A stretch of DNA of 64,000 bases from Bacteriovoracaceae bacterium (GTDB lineage: Bacteria > Bdellovibrionota > Bacteriovoracia > Bacteriovoracales > Bacteriovoracaceae). Of this stretch, positions 7,742 through 17,126 are shown piece by piece. The notes under the pieces were generated by a model, which made no database searches, was not told the DNA's origin, and saw only the letters and a program-made list of their open reading frames with translations. The number at the start of each line of letters is the position of its first letter. Position 1 is the first letter of the stretch. The translations under genes and the position numbers were made by a program. Where the stretch lies: contig JBLWTJ010000001.1 of assembly GCA_048270185.1 (NCBI GenBank), forward strand, positions 1,711,754-1,775,753. The letters run 5' to 3'.

Positions 7742-7816
7742 TTATAAAATAAATATCAAAGGAGAATTTAGTAAACTATTAAAAACACTGAAGAAATTAA
7801 AGTTTATAAAAAAGAA

Positions 7817-7893
7817 TGGTCGGAGCGAGAGGATTTGAACCTCCGACCCCTTGCTCCCAAAGCAAGTGCGCTACCAAACTGCGCTACGCTCCG
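7817..7893 (-). tRNA. tRNA-Pro(TGG)
   Basis: CGGAGCGTAGCGCAGTTTGGTAGCGCACTTGCTTTGGGAGCAAGGGGTCGGAGGTTCAAATCCTCTCGCTCCGACCA; cloverleaf, TGG anticodon, encoded CCA. Confidence 0.98.
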
Positions 7894-7966
7894 ATTCAGA
7901 TTTTGGTAGGGTATTTATAAGTGATCTAAAGCTTTTTGGCAACCTAGAATTTCAAAGATATGAAAC

Positions 7967-8548
7967 TTATTTAAGCTCACTAAAAAACTTGATGGCACTG
8001 GCCACGGCCTTAGCACGGTGTGAATTCTCATTTTTCCACTCTTCCAGCTGCGCTACAGTGGTATCAGCAAAGGCTTTCGGGCAAAACACAGGGTCATATC
8101 CAAAGCCACCATCACCTTCATAACTATCTGAAATCTCACCTTCCATACGTCCCTCAAAAAAATATATTTCCTCAGGACTTAAGTAGAAACAAAGGACACA
8201 AGTAAAATAAGCGTCGCGATTATTCTCTCCTTCAAGCTTTTTTAGAAGAAGTTCAGCGCGCTGACGATCAGTTAGGTTCTCGCCACCAAAGCGGGCCGAG
8301 TAAATACCTAACTCATCAGGAAGAACCTCAACATTTAAGCCAGAGTCGTCGGCAACAACCGGAGTTTTAAACTCTTCATAATAGGCTTGTGCTTTTTTTA
8401 GAGCGTTTTCTTGGTAGGTATTCCCATCTTCAACGACTTCAAGTTTCTTGGATGCGGCCTTGATTGTAATATTCGTATCCTTAAAAAGAATTGCGAACTC
8501 TTCGGCCTTGTGAGCATTTCCAGTTGCTAGAATAAAGTCGTGTTTCAT
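7967..8548 (-). CDS. rdgB: Non-canonical purine NTP pyrophosphatase (RdgB/Ham1)
   Basis: LATGNAHKAEE, ADDSGL, GFGYDPVF, SHR; follows rph. Confidence 0.95.
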   Translation of the reverse strand: MKHDFILATGNAHKAEEFAILFKDTNITIKAASKKLEVVEDGNTYQENALKKAQAYYEEFKTPVVADDSGLNVEVLPDELGIYSARFGGENLTDRQRAELLLKKLEGENNRDAYFTCVLCFYLSPEEIYFFEGRMEGEISDSYEGDGGFGYDPVFCPKAFADTTVAQLEEWKNENSHRAKAVASAIKFFSELK

Positions 8549-8554
8549 TATAAC

Positions 8555-9262
8555 CTACTTACCGAGAGCTTCTTTTTGTTTTGTGAATACAACTTTCAGT
8601 GACTCAGCAGCACAATCTAATAAAGCATCCATTTGCTCACGAGAAAAGGCCATTCCTTCCGCTGTTCCTTGAACTTCGATGAATTTTCCAGACTCAGTCA
8701 TGACAATATTCATATCAGTTTCACAACTTGAATCTTCTTCATAATTAAGGTCAGCAATAATCTTACCTTCTTTATTAATTCCACAGCTAATTGCTGCAAG
8801 AGGCTCAATAAGAGGGCTTTCAGAAAGGTCACCACTAACAATTAGACTTTGAATTGCAAGTTCAAGGGCAACGAATGCTCCAGAGATTGAAGTTGTACGA
8901 GTCCCACCATCTGCAACCATAACGTCACAATCAAGGGTAATCATTCTCTCACCTAGTTTTTCCATATCGACAACAGCTCTTAGGCTTCGTCCAATAAGTC
9001 TTTGAATCTCTTGGGTTCTTCCACCAACTTTTGAACGCTCTCTTCGAGAACGAGTATGAGTTGAACTTGGAAGCATTGAATATTCAGCAGTCACCCACCC
9101 CTTACCTGTTCCTCTCATCCAAGGTGGAACACCATCTTCAATAGATGCCGTGATATGAACTTTTGTATTACCAAATTCGGCAAGAACACTTCCCGCTGCA
9201 TATGGGTTAATATTAATTGAAAATTTTACTTCTCTTGGAGTCGAGCGCTCGATTAATGACAT
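8555..9262 (-). CDS. rph: Ribonuclease PH
   Basis: GWVTAEYSMLP, GRTQEIQRLIGRSLRA, ADGGTRT. Confidence 0.97.
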   Translation of the reverse strand: MSLIERSTPREVKFSININPYAAGSVLAEFGNTKVHITASIEDGVPPWMRGTGKGWVTAEYSMLPSSTHTRSRRERSKVGGRTQEIQRLIGRSLRAVVDMEKLGERMITLDCDVMVADGGTRTTSISGAFVALELAIQSLIVSGDLSESPLIEPLAAISCGINKEGKIIADLNYEEDSSCETDMNIVMTESGKFIEVQGTAEGMAFSREQMDALLDCAAESLKVVFTKQKEALGK

Positions 9263-9306
9263 ATTGAATACCTCTGAATTTATTAGTATTCTTCGATAAT
9301 AACATA

Positions 9307-9984
9307 ATGAGAAAATCTATGAAACATATTCATTTTAAGGAAATTGATTCAACGCAAACGAAAGCTACTGAGCTGGCCAAAGAAAACAATGAAGTTTTAG
9401 TAACTGCGCAGAAACAGATTAAAGGTCGAGGCCGCCGCGATAATCAGTGGCTTGATCTCGACAATAGTCTCGCCATGTCCATGAAACTCGTACCAGGTGA
9501 TAAACCAACACTCCTTGCACTCGAAGTGGCCGTTCTCTTAGCTGAATATTTTCACAAAGATGATCTAGTTCTAAAATGGCCAAATGATATTTACAACCGA
9601 CAAGGTCAAAAAGTGGCAGGTATCCTTGTAACTAAAAATGATGAAAACTATATTGTTGGAATCGGCATCAACTTTGGCCCGGACGATAATATTAAAGACA
9701 AGAAATTTGGCCAACTAGAATCAGGCTATGCTCTTTCTCCAAAGGAGTATGAAAGTATTCCTAAAGATATTTATCAGTATATTAAATCTCGTCGTTTGAA
9801 TGATTCACAAATAATCACCAAGTGGAATGATCGATGCTTTCATCTTAATCAAAATTGTAAAATTATTGATGATAACGAGATTCTCGAAGGTCTATTTAAA
9901 GGGATTGGACAATTTGGAGAAGCTTTAATTGAGATGGAAGGAAAAGTTGAGAAAGCCTATACAGGCTCTCTCCTATTTGAATAA
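9307..9984 (+). CDS. birA: Biotin-protein ligase without N-terminal HTH
   Basis: IDSTQ, QIKGRGR, LKWPND, KVAGIL, GIGIN. Confidence 0.9.
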   Translation: MRKSMKHIHFKEIDSTQTKATELAKENNEVLVTAQKQIKGRGRRDNQWLDLDNSLAMSMKLVPGDKPTLLALEVAVLLAEYFHKDDLVLKWPNDIYNRQGQKVAGILVTKNDENYIVGIGINFGPDDNIKDKKFGQLESGYALSPKEYESIPKDIYQYIKSRRLNDSQIITKWNDRCFHLNQNCKIIDDNEILEGLFKGIGQFGEALIEMEGKVEKAYTGSLLFE

Positions 9985-9985
9985 T

Positions 9986-11218
9986 TTATTCTGAAATTGA
10001 AGTTAGAACTTGTTTACTGATATTCTTTAATTCTTTTTTAATTAAATTTTCAGCTAGATCTGGAACAATTTCCCAAATGATTTTCTCAATATTTTGCTCA
10101 CAGTATTCACGTGCATACTTTTCAATAACTGGACCAATTTCACTTCTTAAATCATTCTTCAAAGCTTCCATGTCAAGTGCTGGAGCTTTAACTGCTGATT
10201 TAATATGAGCAGTTGTCTTTGTACTTCCAAATGAAAAATCATCATTCATACTTTGATTATTTGAAATATCAATTTCGTGCTCATCTTCTGTTTCAGAAGA
10301 AAAAGTTTGTGACATATCTTCATCTACATCCCAAAGATTATCATCAGAAATCTCTTCAAAGTCGTCTGAATCATCTTCAAAAGTACTTAGAGCTTCCATC
10401 GGTACTTCTTCCATTTCATCTAATTCATCGATATTAGACTGGGCCGGTATTTCAAAATCTTCATCTAGTTCATCGTCAAGATTACCGACAAAACTGCTAA
10501 CATCTAAAACAGAAGTTGGAGATTCTGGACCTTCTTCAAATTCGTCTTGAGTATCAATCTCTTCGCTAGCTTCAATAACAGGTGGTAGCGTATCGAAATT
10601 CCCCGTGACGTCACTTCCCTTAAGGTTCGTTGGATCAAATCCCCAACCATCAAGCTCTGACTCAAGATTATTATCTTCATCTTTAAGTGGTGCATGATCA
10701 CTTAAATCAAATTCAACTGTTTTATCGTCTTCATGATCATGATCTTCTTCAGAAGGAGCTTCTGCTTGAACCAAAGAACTATCAACATCCCAACCAGAGA
10801 AATTATCATCTTCAGCTTCATTGGAATCTTCGTTTGGATAATCTTCTTGAGAAATTGATTGAACTTCACTTCCGATCATATCATTGCAAAGTGAAATGAA
10901 TTTTTCTGTTTCAAAAGGCTTTACAACTTTGTCAGAAAAGCCACTATTACGAAGCTTCGTTTCATCAACGATATCGAATGTACCGAGTAAAGCCAAGATA
11001 GGAGTATTTGGAAACTTTTCTCTCGTTCTTTGCCCAAGAGCATAACCATCATCAGATAGGCCAAAATCAAGAAGAATCAAATCAAAGCTATCTTCAGCAT
11101 TGAATAACTCTGATTCATCCAATACTGGAGTGATATCAAAATCTTGATTTGCGAATGTAATTTTTATTACTTTTTGAATTGTCTGACTATCGTCAGCAAC
11201 TAATACCTTTCTACTCAT
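9986..11218 (-). CDS. romR: RomR-like polarity response regulator (receiver, acidic linker, conserved C-terminal helix)
   Basis: VLVADDSQTIQKVI...LLGTFD...KPFE receiver and C-terminal IEKIIWEIVPDLAENLIKKEL resemble Myxococcus RomR; GAGGT SD before ATG 11218. Confidence 0.85.
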   Translation of the reverse strand: MSRKVLVADDSQTIQKVIKITFANQDFDITPVLDESELFNAEDSFDLILLDFGLSDDGYALGQRTREKFPNTPILALLGTFDIVDETKLRNSGFSDKVVKPFETEKFISLCNDMIGSEVQSISQEDYPNEDSNEAEDDNFSGWDVDSSLVQAEAPSEEDHDHEDDKTVEFDLSDHAPLKDEDNNLESELDGWGFDPTNLKGSDVTGNFDTLPPVIEASEEIDTQDEFEEGPESPTSVLDVSSFVGNLDDELDEDFEIPAQSNIDELDEMEEVPMEALSTFEDDSDDFEEISDDNLWDVDEDMSQTFSSETEDEHEIDISNNQSMNDDFSFGSTKTTAHIKSAVKAPALDMEALKNDLRSEIGPVIEKYAREYCEQNIEKIIWEIVPDLAENLIKKELKNISKQVLTSISE

Positions 11219-11295
11219 ATAAAACCTCAATATATTGTTACGCAAAAAATCCAGCTAAGCAAGCATGAGTTTGCGATTGAGAGGTCCTAATTACT

Positions 11296-12039
11296 TTAAA
11301 TTATAGAATAAATAATAGCCGACTGATTATCTAGATTACCTCTTCGATTGGCGATACTAAATAAATTATCAATTTGTGAAACTTCATCACTACCAGACTC
11401 TTGAATGATTCTTTTGATATCATGAAGACTTAATGAACCATAGACACCATCACTTAAAATGATGACTTTATCACCAGGTTCAACATTGAGTTCCCAGATT
11501 TTAGGAGAGATTTCATTATAAAGCCCAAGGGCGACAAGTGGAAAAGTGCTTTTATGATGTGAATTATCTGATATTGAAATTTGAGATACACAGTCGGGCG
11601 TACTTACTTGTGACAGATCTCCATCACGATAAATGAAGCTAACACAATTACCACAACTAACAACAGACAGTATATTCTCAGAAAGCATGGTTAGAGCAAT
11701 CGAAACTCCGCCTTTATCTTTCATTTCTTTTTTCTTATTAATATTAAGAAGATTCTTGTGAGCGATAAATAATGCATTTACCAGTGCATTTGTTTCGAGA
11801 ATATATTGTGGTGAATAGAAATATGGCATCGTCGCATTTGGGTCACCAGAAAGTTTAGTGAAGTACAAATCGATTGATTTTTGAGCTGATTCCAAATTCG
11901 TTTCGGAAATCCCTGTTCCACCAAAACCATCTAGTACACCGAAGATTCTTTGTTTGATATTAATAAACGTCGTATCTTCATTAAGATTTAAGTATGGACC
12001 CTGATGAGTTCTTGCAAAGAAACTTTTGATTTCTCTCAT
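11296..12039 (-). CDS. PP2C/PrpC-family Ser/Thr phosphatase
   Basis: NED, VLDGFGG, ILSDGV, DNQS metal-binding motifs (usual GDS is GNC). Confidence 0.8.
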   Translation of the reverse strand: MREIKSFFARTHQGPYLNLNEDTTFINIKQRIFGVLDGFGGTGISETNLESAQKSIDLYFTKLSGDPNATMPYFYSPQYILETNALVNALFIAHKNLLNINKKKEMKDKGGVSIALTMLSENILSVVSCGNCVSFIYRDGDLSQVSTPDCVSQISISDNSHHKSTFPLVALGLYNEISPKIWELNVEPGDKVIILSDGVYGSLSLHDIKRIIQESGSDEVSQIDNLFSIANRRGNLDNQSAIIYSII

Positions 12040-14255
12040 AGATTCTTTAACCTTTCTTTTGCTTTACGGTAGTACTCATTATCAACAGGCGAGATCTGTT
12101 GAACTTCTTGAAACTTCTCTCTTGCATCTTCAAAAGATCCTAATGATTCTGAGATCAGTCCCTGGCGATAAACTTTACGTGCACGTCCAGTTAATGTTTC
12201 ATTTATTTCATCTAATTCATTTTGAGCTTCGATTTCATTAGGATTATAGCGAAGTACATCTTTGAAAACTTCGTAAGCGGCCTTTAAATCCTCTGCTTCT
12301 TTGAGAGATCGAGCTTTCCCCATTAAAGGTCCTGTAATATTTTTAAGGTTCTGACGTGACTCTTTAAGCATCTTAACGGCCTTGGCCATTAGATCCTCAT
12401 CCATTGATTTCTCAGAAATAAAAACTTCTAAAGCACCAATTGCCTTAAACCACTCTTCTTGAAGATATAATTTTTCACCCGGCTTTAACGCATCAACCAT
12501 TCTTTGACGCTCGGCTTTTTTCTGAGCTTCTTCTAGCTCTTTACGATTCTTTTCTTTGATATAGGCATTGAGCTCTAATTCAAGATTTGCTACATCATAA
12601 TTATCAGGATCTAATTCTTTGACTTGTTGAAATAATCCACGTGCCAAGGTTACATTTCTCTCTTTTACAGCAGCTTCAGCTTTTTCTAAAAGCTTCTGAA
12701 CTTTTGCTTGAATTAACTTTCTCTTTTCCTCAGCTCTTCTTTCAAGCTCAGCTTTTTCTAGCTCAGCATACTTATCTTTGGCCAATTGATAGAAAGTCTG
12801 TGCCTGTTTGTAATCTTTTGTGATTAAGAATAGACGTTCAAATTCAGTAATCGCTTCTGCAACATTACCTTCATTTGCATAACGAGTTGCTAGTTGATAA
12901 AGAGCTTCGGCCCTCTCTTCCTGTTCTTTTGTTAACTTAACATCAGTCGAAGTAACAACTTTTTTCTTCTTCGGTTGTTGTTTGGCTTGCTGATCTTTTT
13001 TTGTCTTATCGGTATCTGCTCCCTCGTCACCGAGTAGAACCCATGCCATCACTATCGCAACAAGTGGATAGAGTATAAATTTCTTTCTCTTTTCTGGATC
13101 TTTTAAGATTGATTTTAAATCATTTTTTGAAGATGCAGACGCAGGAGCATCAGAGAGTTCAAGATCATCAAAGTCATCCATATCATCAGAAACCTCGACA
13201 ATCTCTTCAATTTCAATCTCTTGATCTTCTTCAACAGGCATTAGCATATCTTGCTGACTCTTGATGAAGTCACTAGCAATTTTTACTGTAAACGTTGTTG
13301 ATCCGATGATGAACTCATCACCATTTGTAATCTCTTTTTGATTGATTCTCTTTCCGTTAAGAATCGTACCATTTGCAGACTGAAGATCTTCTAAGACACA
13401 AGTGATCTTATTCTTTCTAATAACTGCATGGACAGAAGATACTTCTGGATCGTTTAAGACAATCTGACATTTCGCAGGATCACGTCCAATAAAGACTTCT
13501 GGTTGATCAAGATTAAAGTGATCATAAGGAATATCTTCACCAAATAATTCAAGAATAAAATTCGCAAAGCCACTAAAAACTTGAGTACTATCTCCAGCGT
13601 CATCGTCTAGAGTATCGACGTCATATCCACCTTCGCCGTATTCATCACCATATTCGTCACTGTAGCCATCTTCTTGGAATTCATCACCATACTCTTCGCT
13701 TTGAAAACCATCTTCTTGATTCCCACCATCATCAAAACCTGCATTATCAAAATCACTTTGAGCAAAGTCATCTGCTGCAATTTCTTCAGGTGCTTCCTCC
13801 GTTGCTTCAATAATGGCGGTCTCTTCTTCCTCTTCAACAGGAATATCCGCACTCTCTTCTTCTAACTCGGGTAGCTCAGGTTCAACATATTCATCTTCAT
13901 ATGTTTCTTCTGGATCTAAAGTGACTTCTTCAGCTTGTTTAACTTCAAGTTCTTCAAATATAATTTTAAAATCATTACAATTTAAAAAGTGACCTGTTGC
14001 AACTTGAACTTCATCGAGCATCATAGGTGCATTATTTACAAGTACAGTATCGTAATCAGAAAGTTTAACAAGTTTCCAATTTGTCCCATCAAAATTGAGA
14101 CTTGCTAACTGACGAGAGATTTGAGGATCATCCAGATGAATTGCCGCATCTTGAGCTCGGCCAATAAGAAAGGTACAACTCTGCCCTACAACTACTTGGT
14201 CGCTAAAATCTAAACGATTAATAATCGTACCATGTCTAGAAACAGTAATTATCAC
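12036..14255 (-). CDS. Double-FHA, acidic linker, TM and TPR/coiled-coil protein
   Basis: FHA1 LIGR..ISRQL (degenerate); FHA2 FIGR..SSVH..SANGT; TM FILYPLVAIVMAWVLL; TPR-like helices. Confidence 0.85.
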   Translation of the reverse strand: MIITVSRHGTIINRLDFSDQVVVGQSCTFLIGRAQDAAIHLDDPQISRQLASLNFDGTNWKLVKLSDYDTVLVNNAPMMLDEVQVATGHFLNCNDFKIIFEELEVKQAEEVTLDPEETYEDEYVEPELPELEEESADIPVEEEEETAIIEATEEAPEEIAADDFAQSDFDNAGFDDGGNQEDGFQSEEYGDEFQEDGYSDEYGDEYGEGGYDVDTLDDDAGDSTQVFSGFANFILELFGEDIPYDHFNLDQPEVFIGRDPAKCQIVLNDPEVSSVHAVIRKNKITCVLEDLQSANGTILNGKRINQKEITNGDEFIIGSTTFTVKIASDFIKSQQDMLMPVEEDQEIEIEEIVEVSDDMDDFDDLELSDAPASASSKNDLKSILKDPEKRKKFILYPLVAIVMAWVLLGDEGADTDKTKKDQQAKQQPKKKKVVTSTDVKLTKEQEERAEALYQLATRYANEGNVAEAITEFERLFLITKDYKQAQTFYQLAKDKYAELEKAELERRAEEKRKLIQAKVQKLLEKAEAAVKERNVTLARGLFQQVKELDPDNYDVANLELELNAYIKEKNRKELEEAQKKAERQRMVDALKPGEKLYLQEEWFKAIGALEVFISEKSMDEDLMAKAVKMLKESRQNLKNITGPLMGKARSLKEAEDLKAAYEVFKDVLRYNPNEIEAQNELDEINETLTGRARKVYRQGLISESLGSFEDAREKFQEVQQISPVDNEYYRKAKERLKNL

Positions 14256-15222
14256 TTTTCTTCATCCCTAATTTTTCGGCCATATCATCAACATTCTTCT
14301 TTGCTTCAATATAGCGTTCATCAGTCTTATAATCTGATAATAATTTATAAATGGCACAATATGTACCAAGGGCCCTCTGATATTTAAGAGAATCTTTATT
14401 CTTAGTTGCTTGCTCAAACATATCCTTAACTTTTTCATCAAGGCGCTGTTTAGCAATATTTAAATGATAGGCTGCTTCCCCATCATTAGGGTCAAGAGTA
14501 AGGGCCAGATTAAATTCCTGCATTGCCCTAAAATAATGCCCTTCGCGTGCTTCTCGTCGACCACGGTGAACATAGGCCTCAACTTTTTCTTTCACCTCTT
14601 GATCTTCTTTATATTGAACTCCAGTATTTCGACTTGAGTTTTCAATCACATTACTTGTTGTTTTCTTCGGTGCTTTCTTTGTTGGTGTCTCAGAATCACC
14701 ATCCATTAGAAAGAAAACGAGCATAATACCGACAAGCCCATAGATAAGTTTCTTTCGCTTAGCTTCTTTCGAATCAACTGGTTTCTTCTTCTTAGGCTTT
14801 GGCTTTTTTACCTCTTCTTCTTCCTCGTCATCCTCGTCCTCGTCCTCATATTCGACTAGGGCAACTTCTTCTTTGATATGAATAAAAGAGTACTTAAAAA
14901 CTGTTGAACCAATAATGATTTTATCACCGTTCTTGAGTTTATGCTGAGTCACCTTAAGATCGTTAACCATAACACCATTTTGTGACTTGAGATCTGTTAA
15001 TGTATATTCACTGCCAACTCGACTAAGTTCAATATGTTCACGAGAAGCTTGTGTATCGAGAATCTGGATATCATTAGAGGCCAAGCGACCTAAAACAATA
15101 CGATTGCCATTCATATAATAACAAACACCTTTATTCTTACCTGTCATACAGATCAAGCGATGGTAATTACCAGCGCTCTCAGGTGAAGATAAGTTTTTTG
15201 TCATTCTGACTGCAGCAACCAT
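14236..15222 (-). CDS. FHA-TM-TPR protein
   Basis: LGR..ASREH..SQNG FHA; TM LIYGLVGIMLVFFLM; TPR AMQEFNLALTLDPND. Confidence 0.85.
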   Translation of the reverse strand: MVAAVRMTKNLSSPESAGNYHRLICMTGKNKGVCYYMNGNRIVLGRLASNDIQILDTQASREHIELSRVGSEYTLTDLKSQNGVMVNDLKVTQHKLKNGDKIIIGSTVFKYSFIHIKEEVALVEYEDEDEDDEEEEEVKKPKPKKKKPVDSKEAKRKKLIYGLVGIMLVFFLMDGDSETPTKKAPKKTTSNVIENSSRNTGVQYKEDQEVKEKVEAYVHRGRREAREGHYFRAMQEFNLALTLDPNDGEAAYHLNIAKQRLDEKVKDMFEQATKNKDSLKYQRALGTYCAIYKLLSDYKTDERYIEAKKNVDDMAEKLGMKKSDNYCF

Positions 15223-15228
15223 TAATTA

Positions 15229-16800
15229 TTAATCCTCTTTAATCAACGTAATATAGAATGCCTTGGCAAAGTTATCTTTACCGATAAGGCTAGTAACAAA
15301 TATATTATAAAAGTGTCCTGAGATTTCGTATTCACCTTTCTGAGATGTTCCACCGTTATCAGCAGATGCATCACAAAGTTCAATAATCGTTGCCGCAAAA
15401 CCTTTTTCTCTTGCTACATCTAATAGACTCATCCCTTCAGATGAACTACCACGAATGGCAGTAATATCTTCAGCAAGAGTATTTATATGAGCTAAATTCT
15501 TTTCTGAGTTCAGAACAAGAACAGCACCTTGTGCTCCTTGCATGAATTCATAAAGACTTGCAACATAGTTCTCATCACTTTCCATCTCATCAAAACTCAT
15601 ATCATCATCAGTTTTTTGTAGCTCTCGAATCCTTTGGATCATGGAATTTATAGAAGATCTTAGAGGATCGATTTCTGACCATAAGTACTCACTATCGATA
15701 TTCTTACGATTTCCACGAAGGGCCTCTTCGATTTGAAACTTCATTTCGTCGAGGTGGCGAATGGTCATATAGTAAACAATTGCAAAGAAGATGATCGAAG
15801 CGATAAATGATGTAATGAGTGCTTCTAAATAGGCAATCCTACTTTTTGAAGCTTCATCTGTAATTGAAGATGGCTTAAAGCGAATAGCAATAACCCCTAC
15901 AACATCAAGTGCACCAGTTTTTACATTTGTAGCCTTAATTTTCTGTCCAATTCCAATCTCACCATCAGCAAGACGTCTTACAATAGGTAGATCACCAGAG
16001 TTATTCATTGTTTTTTCGGCCCACTCACGAACTTGAACAGAAAAAGGGTCATCGATATACATATTAAGTTTTGTCAGTGGTCTAACAATACGTCCATCAA
16101 TATCAAAAAGGTCATACGAGACGACACCGTTATTTCCCTGTTCAATAAACTTCGTATCGACTCGATCTAAGTCTTTACGAGCAAGTGCACCTCTATTTTG
16201 ACGTTTAATCTCATCGGCATAGTGAGCACCACGTTTTGCAACCTCCATGAGAAGTAAGCTTTGCGATGTCTTCATAACTGGGAAGATTGTTAGCGTCACT
16301 GTCACAAGAACAAAGATGGCCAATAGAATACCAGTTAGAACTCTCCATTCATATTCTTCGTTTATTCCGTGAACAAGTGGCATCAATCGGTATTTGAACA
16401 ACCAAATCACTTTACCAAAGATATTCTCTGGCATTTCACCACCAGTGATATATGTTGGCTCATCATCTTCTTCTTGAGCTTCGACTCTTTTCTTTATAAT
16501 TTTTTTCTTTTCTTTTACATAGACAACTTGAATGATGGAATCAGGTAGAGCAATTTTATCACCATTCTTAACCGTGGCACGCTTAACGGCTTTACCATTA
16601 ATAAATGTACCATTTGAACTTCCTAAATCTTTTACGAAAGCAACATCTTGAGTAACAGTTACAGATAGGTGCTTTTTTGAAACACCATTCACTGGAAAGT
16701 GAACATTACAATCCTCACTTCGCCCAAGAGTGTTTTCACCTTCCTCTAGAATATATTCTTGTCCACGTAGCTTTCCAGCTACAACTACTAGTTTGTACAT
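15229..16800 (-). CDS. FHA-domain membrane protein with two TMs, a periplasmic domain and a HAMP/PAS-like C-terminus
   Basis: LGR..VSKKH..SSNGT FHA; two hydrophobic segments; AVLVLNSEKNLAHINTLAEDIT PAS-like. Confidence 0.8.
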   Translation of the reverse strand: MYKLVVVAGKLRGQEYILEEGENTLGRSEDCNVHFPVNGVSKKHLSVTVTQDVAFVKDLGSSNGTFINGKAVKRATVKNGDKIALPDSIIQVVYVKEKKKIIKKRVEAQEEDDEPTYITGGEMPENIFGKVIWLFKYRLMPLVHGINEEYEWRVLTGILLAIFVLVTVTLTIFPVMKTSQSLLLMEVAKRGAHYADEIKRQNRGALARKDLDRVDTKFIEQGNNGVVSYDLFDIDGRIVRPLTKLNMYIDDPFSVQVREWAEKTMNNSGDLPIVRRLADGEIGIGQKIKATNVKTGALDVVGVIAIRFKPSSITDEASKSRIAYLEALITSFIASIIFFAIVYYMTIRHLDEMKFQIEEALRGNRKNIDSEYLWSEIDPLRSSINSMIQRIRELQKTDDDMSFDEMESDENYVASLYEFMQGAQGAVLVLNSEKNLAHINTLAEDITAIRGSSSEGMSLLDVAREKGFAATIIELCDASADNGGTSQKGEYEISGHFYNIFVTSLIGKDNFAKAFYITLIKED

Positions 16801-17126
16801 ATTTCTAAAGTATCCCCTTCCTTAATACTTTCGTGTAATTGTCCTTCGGCTAATTCTAAAACGCGGCTAGCGCTAAATACAATTTGCGTATGACGCCATG
16901 GCCTTAGGCCACGATATATTTTTTTTATTTCATTTTTTCTATTAAAAAAAACAACATCGATATTATATCGCATGAAACAAGTATGAATTGAGTTCGTACC
17001 GTAAAAGATCAGTCCGTCAAAACCATCAAACTTGTCTGAAAACATTAGACCTTTCAATTTCTTATAGAATGAATCTGCTACAATAGCATTATTGCAAATT
17101 TCAATATTATTACACTTTATCAACAT
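16788..17126 (-). CDS. DUF192 family protein
   Basis: ADSFYKKLKGLMF, SIHTCFMRYNIDVVF, VLELAEG. Confidence 0.85.
   Translation of the reverse strand: MLIKCNNIEICNNAIVADSFYKKLKGLMFSDKFDGFDGLIFYGTNSIHTCFMRYNIDVVFFNRKNEIKKIYRGLRPWRHTQIVFSASRVLELAEGQLHESIKEGDTLEICTN

Larger units (their letters stand above)
1..7816. mobile_element. Integrative element / putative phage satellite inserted at the 3' end of tRNA-Pro; left boundary outside window
   Basis: Tyrosine integrase ends 92 bp from the tRNA 3' end and is preceded by xis-like, rep-like, terS-like, XRE and defence-like genes; no second copy of the tRNA 3' end seen in 1-7800. Confidence 0.85.

Noticed and set aside
1..7800. Second att copy of the tRNA-Pro 3' end
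   Set aside because: No TGGTCGGAGCG-like repeat found by eye; boundary presumably outside the window
7851..8123. 90-aa ORF overlapping the tRNA
   Set aside because: Antisense to tRNA-Pro and rdgB; spurious
10230..10860. Repetitive TCATC/TCTTC-rich DNA in romR (similar at 13600-13930)
   Set aside because: Simply encodes Asp/Glu-rich low-complexity linkers; not an array
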